Origin: Candidatus Contendobacter sp. | GTDB lineage: Bacteria > Pseudomonadota > Gammaproteobacteria > Competibacterales > Competibacteraceae | NCBI GenBank assembly: GCA_031732755.1 | Contig: JAVMKI010000081.1 | Coordinates: forward strand, 228 to 64,227 | Length of the DNA stretch: 64,000 bases | Direction of reading: 5' to 3' | Shown: one piece after another, positions 35,599 through 45,212 of the stretch | How positions within the stretch are numbered: position 1 is the first letter of the stretch | How the letters are laid out: every line of letters starts with the position of its first letter | Notes under the pieces: generated by a model | What the model saw: the letters and a program-made list of their open reading frames with translations, nothing else | Database searches by the model: none | What the model was told of the DNA's origin: nothing | Program-made: the position numbers and the translations under genes

Positions 35599-36840
35599 CT
35601 ATTCCTTATGACCGCGCCGGCTCCCCCACAGCAGCCATGCCCACGTCAAGCCCTGTAGCGCCAGCGCCAGCCCAAACGCCAGTTGATAACCGGGTTCAGC
35701 GTAACCGCCGCCGACCGCCGGCCAACGATTGATGATCGCGCCCATGCCCCATTGGCCGGTGAACGCCGCCACGAACACCAGCAGATTCAGGGCGGTATTC
35801 ACCCGGCCTGCCAGCGCTGGTGGAAACGCCTGGGTCAGGATGGCGTAATTCAGCGTTCCGGTGGTGCCGAAGAAGCCAAACAGCACCCACAGCGGCCACG
35901 ACGGTTCCAGCTTCAACAACAGCGCCAGCTGCGCCAGCATGAACAGCGCCATGCCGCTGGCCGCCACCACCCACGGCGGAACGCCGCGCCGTGACAAGTG
36001 GTAGGCTAACTGGCCCATGCCAAGAAATCCAACCACCATCGCCACCGCCACCCAGAGCAGGTAGCCAGCGGCGGCGGTTTGATCCAGCCCGGCGACATCG
36101 CGCAGCCACGGGCCGGCCCATAACCCCTGAATCGCCAGAAACGTCGCCTGCGACACCACGCTGCTCGGCGCGATTCGCCAAAACACTGGGCTGCGGAAGA
36201 TCGCCACCATGCCGCCCCACTGTTCGCGCCAGCCGCTCGCTGGCGCGGCGCCAATCCGTTCCGGCACGACCCACCACAAGGCGGCGGCTACCGCAACCGT
36301 CAGCAGCGCCAGACCCGCGAACACGCCTCGCCAGCCCATCAGCCCCAAGGCGGCTTCCACTGGCGCGGTGGCGACCAACGCGCCCAATCCACCCGCCGCC
36401 AGCACCCAACCGTTGATTGCCGGTAGCCGCGCGGCGGGAAACCAAAGAACGAACGCCTTGAAACTGGCCATCAGACAGGCCGACACACCCAGCCCGATCA
36501 ATCCCCGGCCGACGATCAACTCGGTCGAACCGTTGCCGACCGCGAATAACCCCGCTCCCGCCGCCGCGAACAGCAATAGCGTCGCCTCCACCCGGCGCGG
36601 CCCGAACCGGTCCAGCAACAGACCCAGCGGTAACTGGAAAGCAGCGAAAGTCAGGAAATAGAGGCTGGTCAACAGGCCAAGGTCGCTGGCGTCCAGCCGT
36701 AGTTCCGCCACCAGATGCGGCGCCAGCACCGCATTAATCGTGCGGTAGAGATAGGACAAGAAATAGCCGGCGGCGAACGGTGGAAAGATGTGTAGCAATA
36801 AAACCGGCGGCGGGTTTTGGAGAGAATTCTGCCGGGGCAT
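35599..36840 (-). CDS. MFS transporter
   Basis: FAAGYFLSYLYRTINAV, GLLLDRFGPRR, ~12 TM; start set at ATG 36840 (uncertain). Confidence 0.85.
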   Translation of the reverse strand: MPRQNSLQNPPPVLLLHIFPPFAAGYFLSYLYRTINAVLAPHLVAELRLDASDLGLLTSLYFLTFAAFQLPLGLLLDRFGPRRVEATLLLFAAAGAGLFAVGNGSTELIVGRGLIGLGVSACLMASFKAFVLWFPAARLPAINGWVLAAGGLGALVATAPVEAALGLMGWRGVFAGLALLTVAVAAALWWVVPERIGAAPASGWREQWGGMVAIFRSPVFWRIAPSSVVSQATFLAIQGLWAGPWLRDVAGLDQTAAAGYLLWVAVAMVVGFLGMGQLAYHLSRRGVPPWVVAASGMALFMLAQLALLLKLEPSWPLWVLFGFFGTTGTLNYAILTQAFPPALAGRVNTALNLLVFVAAFTGQWGMGAIINRWPAVGGGYAEPGYQLAFGLALALQGLTWAWLLWGSRRGHKE

Positions 36841-37010
36841 GTCCGACTGGCCCACTGATCCGTCAAGCATCGCTGCCGTCAGACCTTCCACCCAGACTCG
36901 ATGGCATACTCGATGGTCCGCGAGCGTTGGATGCCACCGGCGGCGCTAACCCGGTCGCCATCAAGCCGCCATCCACTGGAAAGTCGGTCCATGCCATCGC
37001 TGCAGTTCCC

Positions 37011-37715
37011 TCAGCTGCGCCGTGACTGGGCGCCAAGCCCGGTTGCCAACCGGGTCTCCAGCCGATGCGTCAACCGGTACACCTTCTCCTCCAGCCAGGT
37101 CAGACCAAAATCCCGCCAGCGCGATTCATCGGACAGGGCATCGCGGACATAAAGCAGTTCCACCGCGTGCGCCGGTTCGTACAACGCCCGCACCTCCGCC
37201 TCGCCGACGGCGAACGGTGGTCCCGGCCTCATGGCCTGATCGTACTCCATCGTCACCAGCAACCCCCGGATGTCGGGCGACAGAATGGCGTCGAGATGGC
37301 GGGCGTAGCGTTCGCGCATCGCTGGCGGCAGCGCGATCAGCGAAGCCCGGTCGTAGACCCCGGCGCAATCGGCGACATGGCGCGGCTCCAGGGCGAAAAA
37401 ATCGCCGAGCAGGATGCGGATTTCATCCGCTTCCCAGACCTCGAACATCCCCTCCCGCCAACGGCGGGGTTGTAGCTCGTTTTCCCGGAAAAACGCCTCA
37501 ATGGCAATCGGACTGAGTTCCACCCCGGTCACTGGATGGCCTTCCCCCGCCAACCACAGCAGATCAAGGCTCTTGCCACACAGCGGGATGAACACCCGCT
37601 GGCCGGCGCGCAGCTCCAGGCGATGCCAGAACTGCTGGAGATGGACGTTGATTTCGGACTTGTGAAAGCCAATCTCGGCCCGCTCCCAGCGTTGGTGCCA
37701 GAATCCTGGTTCCAT
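37011..37715 (-). CDS. tpm: Thiopurine S-methyltransferase
   Basis: FWHQRW...IGFH, VFIPLCGKSLD, GVELS, GDFF, YDRASLIALP, GPPF. Confidence 0.92.
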   Translation of the reverse strand: MEPGFWHQRWERAEIGFHKSEINVHLQQFWHRLELRAGQRVFIPLCGKSLDLLWLAGEGHPVTGVELSPIAIEAFFRENELQPRRWREGMFEVWEADEIRILLGDFFALEPRHVADCAGVYDRASLIALPPAMRERYARHLDAILSPDIRGLLVTMEYDQAMRPGPPFAVGEAEVRALYEPAHAVELLYVRDALSDESRWRDFGLTWLEEKVYRLTHRLETRLATGLGAQSRRS

Positions 37716-37736
37716 ACCATCACCTCGCTTATTCGT

Positions 37737-39206
37737 TCAACTCGTCGATCCCGGCCACCAGGCCCGGCGGGTGAACAGCGCGCCCAGCCCTTGCAGCAGG
37801 TAACGCAGATCCCGGACGGTGCCGCGCTGGCGGGCGTAGAAAGCATCGCTCAGCAACCGCTCCTCGCGGGGGGCGTTCGCTGGCAAGGTTAGCTGCGTGG
37901 GGCCAATCAGCCCGGCCGGAGCCTGATCGCTCACTCGCTCCCATTCCTCCACTCGGTCGTCCGCCTGCTCCGGCGTCAGCGGCTCGACGCCGACCAGCCG
38001 CAGATCGCCGCTCACCACCGCCAACAACCACGGTAAATAGCGCAGCACCGGGATCGTCGTCGCCCATTCCCGCGTCACGAACACCCGCCGTCGGCGATTG
38101 CCGAATTCGTCGAATTCCAACCGGTTGCCGCGTAGATTGACTTCGTGCAGCGGCGCGCTAGCGCCGCTGATCAGCGCGGCGGCCAATGCCAGCGGCCACA
38201 GGGGCAGGGAAAGCGCCAGCGTTAGCGTACCCAACGCCTGGTTGAGCGGTTCGGCCAGGGTTCCACTCAACGTCACCGCGCGCAGATCGGCCAGCAAGAA
38301 AGTCTCGAGCACCGGCAACACCGCGCCGGTATCCACCCGGATCAAACAATTACCCTGGACGATGGCGTTCTGCACTTCCACCAATTCGCCGACGTAGGTC
38401 TCCGGCAACACCACGCTGTCGCGCAGGATGGCATGTCGATCCACGATGACATCATCGGCGATCACGACCTCGCCATGAAATTCGGCGCTGGCCTCGATCC
38501 GGCAATGATTACCCACGCAGGCGATGCCCTGACGCAGGCTGCGCGGCGAAACCCTGGAGCGTAGCCCTACCCGCAGTCCCAGCGCCGCTTCCCGGCCCGG
38601 TACGATCAATCCGGGAAAACGGCCGGCGGCGGCGTCGAGATTGGCCCGATGGTAGGCGACCAGGGAATCCAGCCGGTTCAACGCCCCGGTGAGGAGTTCC
38701 ACCACCGGCCATACCGAGTCGGGCGTGGATGACTCACTACTCCAGCGCAGCGGCTCCAGGCCACCTCGACCGTTGGCGCGATTCAGGCATAAGCTGATCG
38801 GTGCATTGACCGCCCGTCCCTGCACGACTGGACCGCCAATTTCGCCAGCCCGTTGCCGGAATTCGCCCAACGCCGCGCCTCGCAACACATCACCCCGTAA
38901 CGCCAGCACTTCCGCCGAAATCCGGTTCTGGCAACGTTCCACCACTGTATCCGGGTCTTCCTCGCCCTGGGTGAGCACATAATCCAGTCGCATCCCCCAA
39001 CGACTGCCATCGCCGATCACCGCCCGCACCTGATCGGCGAACGGCGAAATGGCGATCACCGCCTCGCGCACCCCGGCGGCGACCAGCGCTTCCAGGGTCA
39101 GTTCCAGCACCGGCTTGCCCACCACTGGCAACAACGCCACGCAGGTCCGTTCGGTCAACGGTTCCAGTTCCCGGCCCAGCCGGTCGGCGAAAATCAGCGC
39201 TTGCAT
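37737..39206 (-). CDS. Sugar-nucleotidyltransferase-like + hexapeptide + degenerate sugar-transferase (Bac_transf) fusion protein
   Basis: N-term LEPLT....LLPVVGKP (NTP_transferase-like), beta-helix-like ADDVIVDRHAILRDSVVL, C-term VSGDLRLVG...AGLIGPTQ...DAFYA...DLRYL. Confidence 0.75.
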   Translation of the reverse strand: MQALIFADRLGRELEPLTERTCVALLPVVGKPVLELTLEALVAAGVREAVIAISPFADQVRAVIGDGSRWGMRLDYVLTQGEEDPDTVVERCQNRISAEVLALRGDVLRGAALGEFRQRAGEIGGPVVQGRAVNAPISLCLNRANGRGGLEPLRWSSESSTPDSVWPVVELLTGALNRLDSLVAYHRANLDAAAGRFPGLIVPGREAALGLRVGLRSRVSPRSLRQGIACVGNHCRIEASAEFHGEVVIADDVIVDRHAILRDSVVLPETYVGELVEVQNAIVQGNCLIRVDTGAVLPVLETFLLADLRAVTLSGTLAEPLNQALGTLTLALSLPLWPLALAAALISGASAPLHEVNLRGNRLEFDEFGNRRRRVFVTREWATTIPVLRYLPWLLAVVSGDLRLVGVEPLTPEQADDRVEEWERVSDQAPAGLIGPTQLTLPANAPREERLLSDAFYARQRGTVRDLRYLLQGLGALFTRRAWWPGSTS

Positions 39207-39209
39207 GGT

Positions 39210-39959
39210 CTAGTAGGCCCCCCGGCCCAGCAGCACCGCCGGCACGGTCTTGAGCAAAAGCAGGATGTCATTGCCGAACGAGGACGATTCGATGTACTGC
39301 ACGTCGAGCTTGACCTGTTCGGGGAAGGGAATGTCGGAACGACCGGAGACCTGCCAGATGCAGGTGATGCCGGGAATGACCTCCAGCCGGCGGCGGTCGG
39401 CCAGCGAATACTGGTTCACTTCGCTGGGCAACGCCGGACGCGGTCCGACCAGCGACATATCGCCCACCAGTACGTTCCACAATTGCGGTAGTTCGTCAAT
39501 CGACGCCTTGCGGATGAAGCGACCGATCTTGGTGATGCGCGGATCGTGCTTCATCTTGAAGATCACGCCCCCGCCCGACTCGTTCTCGGCCAGCAGCGCC
39601 GCCTTGCGCGCCTCGGCGTCCACGTACATCGAGCGAAATTTCCACATGGTGAACAGCGTGCCCCAACGACCGACCCGAACCTGCTTGAAAAAGATCGGCC
39701 CCGGCGATTCCAGCCGGATCAGCAGCATGATCGTCAGAAACAGCGGGGTCAGCAGGATCAGCAAGATGGACGCGGCCACGATGTCGAGCAGGCGCTTGAA
39801 CACGTAGGTGGCGCCCACCACTACCTTCCAGGTCAGCCGTTTGCCCTGAAAGGCCAGCCGCTGCCAGACCCCATCCGGTCGCACCCGACCATAGCGGCGC
39901 AGCAGCGCCTCGCGCAGGTCCGCATCCGGTTCGGCCAACCGATCCGAATAGTCACTCAT
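39210..39959 (-). CDS. Priming phosphoglycosyl transferase (Bac_transf, monotopic PGT)
   Basis: KRLLDI, FTMWKFRSM, DPRITKIGRFIRKASIDELPQLWNVLVGDMSLVGPRP, PGITCIWQVSGR; intact Asp-Glu dyad. Confidence 0.93.
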   Translation of the reverse strand: MSDYSDRLAEPDADLREALLRRYGRVRPDGVWQRLAFQGKRLTWKVVVGATYVFKRLLDIVAASILLILLTPLFLTIMLLIRLESPGPIFFKQVRVGRWGTLFTMWKFRSMYVDAEARKAALLAENESGGGVIFKMKHDPRITKIGRFIRKASIDELPQLWNVLVGDMSLVGPRPALPSEVNQYSLADRRRLEVIPGITCIWQVSGRSDIPFPEQVKLDVQYIESSSFGNDILLLLKTVPAVLLGRGAY

Positions 39960-41223
39960 GAACTTTTGCCTCCTGACGGGCCTGTTTCCAGACCCGATAG
40001 AGAAACAGGGGATTGCCGAGAATATAGCGGCGCCACATCCGGCCCGGCTCCTGCATCAATCGCCAGACCCATTCCAGGCCGATTTCGCGCAGCCACAGCG
40101 GCGCGCGGGGAATCCGCCCGGAGTAGAAATCGAACAAGCCACCCACGCCCATCCGAACCGGCGGTTCCAGCACGGCGTGATGCTCGGTCAGCCACAATTC
40201 CTGGCGAGGCACGCCGAACGCCACCAGCAACACCGCCGCGCCGGAGGCGTTGATGCGAGCGATGATGGCGTCCTCCTCGTCCGGGCCGAAGTAGCCGTGT
40301 TGCGTGCCGACAATCATCAGACCCGGATAGCGTGTCCGCATGTTCTCGGCCACCAAATCGGCGATGCCGGGCCGCGCGCCGAGCAGGAACAGAGAAAAGC
40401 CGTCACGGGCGGCGCGCTCGCACAGCCGGGGAAACAAATCGGTGCCGTTGACGTTGGCCGCCAACCCCAGTCCACGCATCCGGCAACCGATTTTGACGCC
40501 GATGCCGTCCGGCAACACCCGCGCCGCCTGTTGCAGCACAGTCCGATAGCGGACGTGGGTGTAGGCGATGTTGAGGCAGTCCGGATTGACGAAGGCCAGC
40601 AGCGCTTTTTCCCCTTTTCTCATGGGAGAGGAGCCGGGAGCGAGGGCCACGCGACCCGCGATCCAGTCTACCGCTTCGTCCATGGTGGTGTTGACGATGG
40701 GCACGCCGAAGAAATCCAGCAGGGGTGGGATTGGCAATGCCTTGCCACCGCCCAGCAGCGCGGCAATCAGGGAGCGAACGACCATTCCCAAGCTGGCGCG
40801 CACGCTCAGCCGCTCGACAAAGCGCCGGTCCAGCTCGCTTTCCGGATCGTGGGCGATGCCGGTGCGCTGTTGGAGTTGGTAGGGGGAGAACAGGCCTGGC
40901 CGCACGCTAAAGCGAATTTCCGCTTTGGGGGGAACCGCCGCCGCTTCCGTCACCGTCAACGGGCGCGGGCCGGCGATGGCCATGTCGCCGCGCAGAATAT
41001 TGAACAGCGCCGCCAGATTGTGGCCCGGCAACGGTCCGGCGAAGGTCAGCCGGGCGAAGGGGCGGCGGTCGCGGCCCAGAACCGGCGCGTGGTCGAACAG
41101 TCGCCCAGCGCCAAGCAGCGCCAGCAGGGCGCGCGCCAGCCAGCAGGGCGTCAGCAGGACCAACCACGTCAGGGTCAGCGCCAGATCGAAGATTCGCAGC
41201 GCCAGATCGGACGAGCGGTTCAC
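39952..41223 (-). CDS. WecB/TagA/CpsF glycosyltransferase with N-terminal degenerate Bac_transf domain
   Basis: VNP, PDGIG, VNGTDL, FLLGA, GTQHGYF, VAFGVPRQE, GVGGLFDF, RAPLW....GLEW.WRL..EP.R...RY; N-term ILRGDMAIAGPRP. Confidence 0.9.
   Translation of the reverse strand: MNRSSDLALRIFDLALTLTWLVLLTPCWLARALLALLGAGRLFDHAPVLGRDRRPFARLTFAGPLPGHNLAALFNILRGDMAIAGPRPLTVTEAAAVPPKAEIRFSVRPGLFSPYQLQQRTGIAHDPESELDRRFVERLSVRASLGMVVRSLIAALLGGGKALPIPPLLDFFGVPIVNTTMDEAVDWIAGRVALAPGSSPMRKGEKALLAFVNPDCLNIAYTHVRYRTVLQQAARVLPDGIGVKIGCRMRGLGLAANVNGTDLFPRLCERAARDGFSLFLLGARPGIADLVAENMRTRYPGLMIVGTQHGYFGPDEEDAIIARINASGAAVLLVAFGVPRQELWLTEHHAVLEPPVRMGVGGLFDFYSGRIPRAPLWLREIGLEWVWRLMQEPGRMWRRYILGNPLFLYRVWKQARQEAKVHE
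40610..40646 (-). repeat. Short palindromic element, copy C (in frame inside the TagA-like gene)
   Basis: Minus strand ccctcgctcccggctcctctcccatgagaaaagggga, encoding LAPGSSPMRKGE. Confidence 0.5.
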
Positions 41224-41750
41224 GCGGTGTCGCTCCCGGACATGGATGGGATGCAGCGCGGCCGGATTTGCGCCGGCACGCCGATAGCCAGCGAATTCGG
41301 CGGCACATCCCGCAGCACCACCGCGTTCGCGCCAATGGCCACGTCATCGCCGATGCGGATCGGGCCGAGAATCTTGGCGCCCGCGCCGATGTCCACCCGG
41401 TTGCCGATGACCGGAGCACCGCGCTCGTTGGTGCGTTTCAGACCGACGGTCACGCCGTTGCGGATCACCACATCGTCGCCGAACACGGTGTCGCCGCTGA
41501 TGATGATGTCGCCGAAGTGCTCGATCTTGAACCGCCGCCCCACGGTCGCCTCACAAGGCAGGTCGATGCCGGTGAGAATCTGCGACAGCAGCTTGAGAAG
41601 CTTGTAGAGAATCGAGAACGGCAGGCGCAGCCAGCGGTTCTCAATGCCGTAGCGCCAGCGCCCGAAGCGATACACGATCATCACCCACAACCCTTGTCGG
41701 GCTGGATCGCGTTCGTAGGTTCGCCAATCTTCGCGCAGGTTATCGAACAT
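41220..41750 (-). CDS. Serine O-acetyltransferase-like hexapeptide acyltransferase (EPS-associated)
   Basis: GIDLP..A.VG, EHFGDIII, NGVTVG, APVIGNRVDIGAGAKILG.I.IGDD..IGANAVV..DVP. Confidence 0.88.
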   Translation of the reverse strand: MFDNLREDWRTYERDPARQGLWVMIVYRFGRWRYGIENRWLRLPFSILYKLLKLLSQILTGIDLPCEATVGRRFKIEHFGDIIISGDTVFGDDVVIRNGVTVGLKRTNERGAPVIGNRVDIGAGAKILGPIRIGDDVAIGANAVVLRDVPPNSLAIGVPAQIRPRCIPSMSGSDTA

Positions 41751-41760
41751 GACCGCTTCC

Positions 41761-42753
41761 CTACCACGGCCTTGGCGGCGAAACTCGGCCGCCGTCGGTT
41801 TCCCGCCACGCCTGCTCGATCAGGGTCACGATGGCCCGCGATTCCTCGGCCTTGGCGCGGCTCTCGGCGTCCTGATGGCGGGCGTTCTTCCAGGCCCGCA
41901 GGGTGTGCCACTGTTTTTCGACCTGCATTGCCAGCCAAGCGGTGGTCGGACCGTGCTGCTTGCGGTAATACAAGTATTCGCTGCGCAAGCGCCACAAGGT
42001 GAGTTGCGCCCCGGAGGACGACAGCGTCAGATGTTGCAGGGTCTTGGACGACTCGCCGCCCAGATGCGCCACCACCACGTCGGGCCAGTAGCGGACTTTA
42101 TGGCCCGCCGCCTTGATCCGTCGGCACAAGTCCACTTCCTCGTAATACAGGAAGAACGCCTCGTCGAAAGTGCCGACCTGCTCCAGCACGTCGCGGCGGA
42201 TGATCGAGAACGCGCCCGGCACCCAATCCACGTCCGCTGGTTCGCCGGGATCGGCCCAGGTGCGATCCACCCGGCCGAAAAAGTGGCTCTTCGGAAAGCG
42301 CGCCGCCAGCCCGGACAGCGTCAGAAAGTCGTTGAGCGGCGAGGGAAACAGTCGCGCCGAGGGTTGCCAGGAATCGTCCCGCCCGACCAGCCACGCCCCG
42401 CCCAGGCCGATGTTCGGATCGGCGTCCATGTGGGCGACCGCCTTGGGCAACGCCAGCGGACGTGGGAAGGCGTCGGAATTCAGCAATACCACATAGCGAC
42501 CCTGGGCGATGGCGAAACCCCGGTTGTTAGCGGCGGCGAAGCCCAGATTGACCTCGCTGCGAATCAGCCGCGCATCGGGAAATTCAGTCGCCACCAGGTC
42601 CGCCGACCCATCGCGCGAGGCGTTGTCCACCACGATGGCTTCGTAACGGACTCCGCCGGCCTCGGCGGCGAGGGTGTCGAGGCATTCCCGCAGCAAATCG
42701 CGGGTGTTGAACGAAACGATGACGACGGAAACGTCGAGCGATTCAGCGGTCAT
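41761..42753 (-). CDS. Glycosyltransferase family 2
   Basis: VSVVIVSFNT, VDNASRDGS, NLGFAAANN, LLNSDA, WVPGAF, FLYYEEVDLC; start ATG 42753. Confidence 0.9.
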   Translation of the reverse strand: MTAESLDVSVVIVSFNTRDLLRECLDTLAAEAGGVRYEAIVVDNASRDGSADLVATEFPDARLIRSEVNLGFAAANNRGFAIAQGRYVVLLNSDAFPRPLALPKAVAHMDADPNIGLGGAWLVGRDDSWQPSARLFPSPLNDFLTLSGLAARFPKSHFFGRVDRTWADPGEPADVDWVPGAFSIIRRDVLEQVGTFDEAFFLYYEEVDLCRRIKAAGHKVRYWPDVVVAHLGGESSKTLQHLTLSSSGAQLTLWRLRSEYLYYRKQHGPTTAWLAMQVEKQWHTLRAWKNARHQDAESRAKAEESRAIVTLIEQAWRETDGGRVSPPRPW

Positions 42754-43930
42754 GGCTGGAAGACTCGCGGTCGGTGCGGACCCAAGCGGCGTCCTTGCGA
42801 GCGCCACGCAACAGGGCCTTGAACAAGGTCAGTTTCCACAGGATGTAGAACGGCGCGGCGGCCACCGCCCACACGTCGCGCCAGCCGCCGCCACCGACCC
42901 GAATCGCCGCCAGCACATGCAGGCCCACCAGCGCCAAGCCACACAAGGCGTAAATCCGGCTGGGCGCGAAGGGCGGCAACAGCGCGGCTATCAAAAGCAT
43001 AACGTGAAACGCTAGGGGCAACAGCCACAGTTCCAGCAATGGCTCGGTTTCGCGCCAGCGCCCGGCCAGAACCCCACGCAACAGGATCGGCGTCTGCTCG
43101 CGGATCATGCGAAACCGGCCGCCTTCCCAGCGGGCGCGCTGGCCGCGCGAGGCGCGCTCGCCGCTGGGCATCTCGGACCAGACCGTGGTGGCGTCCATGA
43201 ATCGCACCCGGCGACCGCTCTGGACCAGGCGAATGTGATATTCCAAATCCTCGGCCACCGACGCGGCGTCGTAGGGCACGGCCTCCAGCGTGGCGCGGCT
43301 CAGGCCGAACCCGTTGCCGAGCAGGCCCACCGACACGCCCCAGAATTCCCGGCCGCGCGGGCGCAGCACGTTGAACGCCTGCAAGGCCACGTTCATCAGC
43401 CGGGTACGCACGGAAACGCCGGGGTTGTCCACGCAATAGCGGCTTTGCACCGCATCCGCGCCGGCCCGGAACCACCGCTGAGCCTCGGCGAACAGATTCG
43501 GCTCCACCCGGGTATCGGCATCCACCACCATGAAGGCGTCAAACGGCCCGCGCAACAGTTGCCGGAAGGCGAAATCCAGCGCGTAACCCTTGCCACGCCG
43601 GTCGGGATCGTGGCGAATCAGCACCCGCGCCCCGGCCGCTTCGGCCCGCGCGGCGGTGTCGTCCTCGCAATTGTCCGCAACCACCACCACGGCGAACGTT
43701 CCATCACCGGGATCGCAGGCTTGCAGGCTTTGGATACAGGCGACGATACTGATGGCTTCATTGTGGGCGGGAACCACCACAGCGAGATGTTTCCCCTTCC
43801 CGCCTTTTGGGAGACTCACCTGTCGCCGAACGGGTAACACGCCACCCACGGTCAGCATCAGCAGCTCAAACGTCCCCGGCGCGCTCAGTAGCGCCAGCAA
43901 TATACCGAGCAACGCCCAGAATTCAGCCAT
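42743..43930 (-). CDS. Membrane-associated glycosyltransferase family 2
   Basis: VVVPAHNE, VADNCEDDT, GKGYAL, VDADT, AEDLE, QRARW; flanking TM helices. Confidence 0.88.
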   Translation of the reverse strand: MAEFWALLGILLALLSAPGTFELLMLTVGGVLPVRRQVSLPKGGKGKHLAVVVPAHNEAISIVACIQSLQACDPGDGTFAVVVVADNCEDDTAARAEAAGARVLIRHDPDRRGKGYALDFAFRQLLRGPFDAFMVVDADTRVEPNLFAEAQRWFRAGADAVQSRYCVDNPGVSVRTRLMNVALQAFNVLRPRGREFWGVSVGLLGNGFGLSRATLEAVPYDAASVAEDLEYHIRLVQSGRRVRFMDATTVWSEMPSGERASRGQRARWEGGRFRMIREQTPILLRGVLAGRWRETEPLLELWLLPLAFHVMLLIAALLPPFAPSRIYALCGLALVGLHVLAAIRVGGGGWRDVWAVAAAPFYILWKLTLFKALLRGARKDAAWVRTDRESSSHDR

Positions 43931-45200
43931 GGCCGCCCTCCCCGCCCAGTCGCCGCCGGAAAATCGCCGCCAGCCGCTCGATGTTGCGATGCAGGTGGTA
44001 TTTCTCCTCGACCCGCGTCCGCCCGGCCTCGCCCAGCCGGCGCCGCAATGCCGCATCGTCCATCAACCGGGCCAGCGCCGCCGCCAGTCCCTCGGCATCG
44101 GACGGCGCGACCAGCAACCCATCCAACCCATTGCGGATCAGTTCGGGAATGCCGGTAATGAAGGTGGTCACGCAGGGGATGGTCATCGCCATCGCCTCCA
44201 TCAGCACCACTGGAATACCCTCGGCGAAACTGGCCAGCGCGAAGGCATCGGCGGCGGCGTACAGTTCGCGGATGCGGTCCTGATTGACCGCGCCCTCGAA
44301 AATCACGGCCTCGCCCAGCGCCCGCTCAGCCACGATCCGTTCCAGAATCGGCCGGTCAGGACCGTCGCCGACCACGCGCAAGCGAATCTCGCGGCCTGCC
44401 GCGCGCAGGCGGGCGATGGCGTCCAGCAGGATGGCCTGACCCTTGGCGGGCGTCAGCCGGCCCACGCAGATCACCTCGAACGGATGAGGATCGGCCCGGA
44501 ACGGGCGCGGCGCGAACAGCGCGGGGTCCACGCCCAGCGGGGAAATCTCGAACTTGTCCCAGTGATCCGGCGGCGACAGCTTCATCAACTGGCTGCGGGC
44601 GTACTGACCGATGCAGCAGATGAAACGGGCGCCGGCGATCTTCTCGGCCAGGTAGTAACCGGGCGCGTCGTAAAACTCGTCCGGGCCGTGGACGGTCATC
44701 GAAAAGGTGATCGGGAAAATCCGGTGGGCGATCAGCGCCACGGTGGCGGCCGGAGTAGCGAAATGAACGTGCAGGTGAGTCAAGCCCTTGCGCGCCATCC
44801 AGCGGCCGAGCATCAACGCCTCGATGAAATAGAACATCCCGTAGGTCAGTTTTTTCAAATCCGCGCCGCCCAATCGCAACGCAAATTTCAGGCCCCGCAG
44901 GAAACCCGCCGGTTGCGTGATCAACGTAGCCCACTTCGCGGCCAATGCGCCAAGCGCACCGTGGCGCTTGACGTAATACGTTCGTTCCGCCTCGGCCCGC
45001 TCGGCGGCGGTCAGCCGTTCCGGCGGGCGGTCGGGAGCATTGATCGAGGCAACTTCGATCGTGAAGCCCAGTTCCCGCAACCGCAACACCTCGCGCAGGA
45101 TGAAGGTATGGGAAACCGCCGGGTACTGGCTGACCAGATAGGCCAGGCGCACTGGCGGCGGCGATTCGGATTTCGCTGTGTTGTTATTGATTTTAGCCAT
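43923..45200 (-). CDS. Glycosyltransferase family 4 (WcaL-like)
   Basis: AYLVSQYPAVSHTFILREV, HVHF, TVHGPD, CVGRL...KG, EGIPVVLMEAMA; GAGGAG RBS fits ATG 45200. Confidence 0.9.
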   Translation of the reverse strand: MAKINNNTAKSESPPPVRLAYLVSQYPAVSHTFILREVLRLRELGFTIEVASINAPDRPPERLTAAERAEAERTYYVKRHGALGALAAKWATLITQPAGFLRGLKFALRLGGADLKKLTYGMFYFIEALMLGRWMARKGLTHLHVHFATPAATVALIAHRIFPITFSMTVHGPDEFYDAPGYYLAEKIAGARFICCIGQYARSQLMKLSPPDHWDKFEISPLGVDPALFAPRPFRADPHPFEVICVGRLTPAKGQAILLDAIARLRAAGREIRLRVVGDGPDRPILERIVAERALGEAVIFEGAVNQDRIRELYAAADAFALASFAEGIPVVLMEAMAMTIPCVTTFITGIPELIRNGLDGLLVAPSDAEGLAAALARLMDDAALRRRLGEAGRTRVEEKYHLHRNIERLAAIFRRRLGGEGGHG

Positions 45201-45212
45201 TTGCACTCCTCG

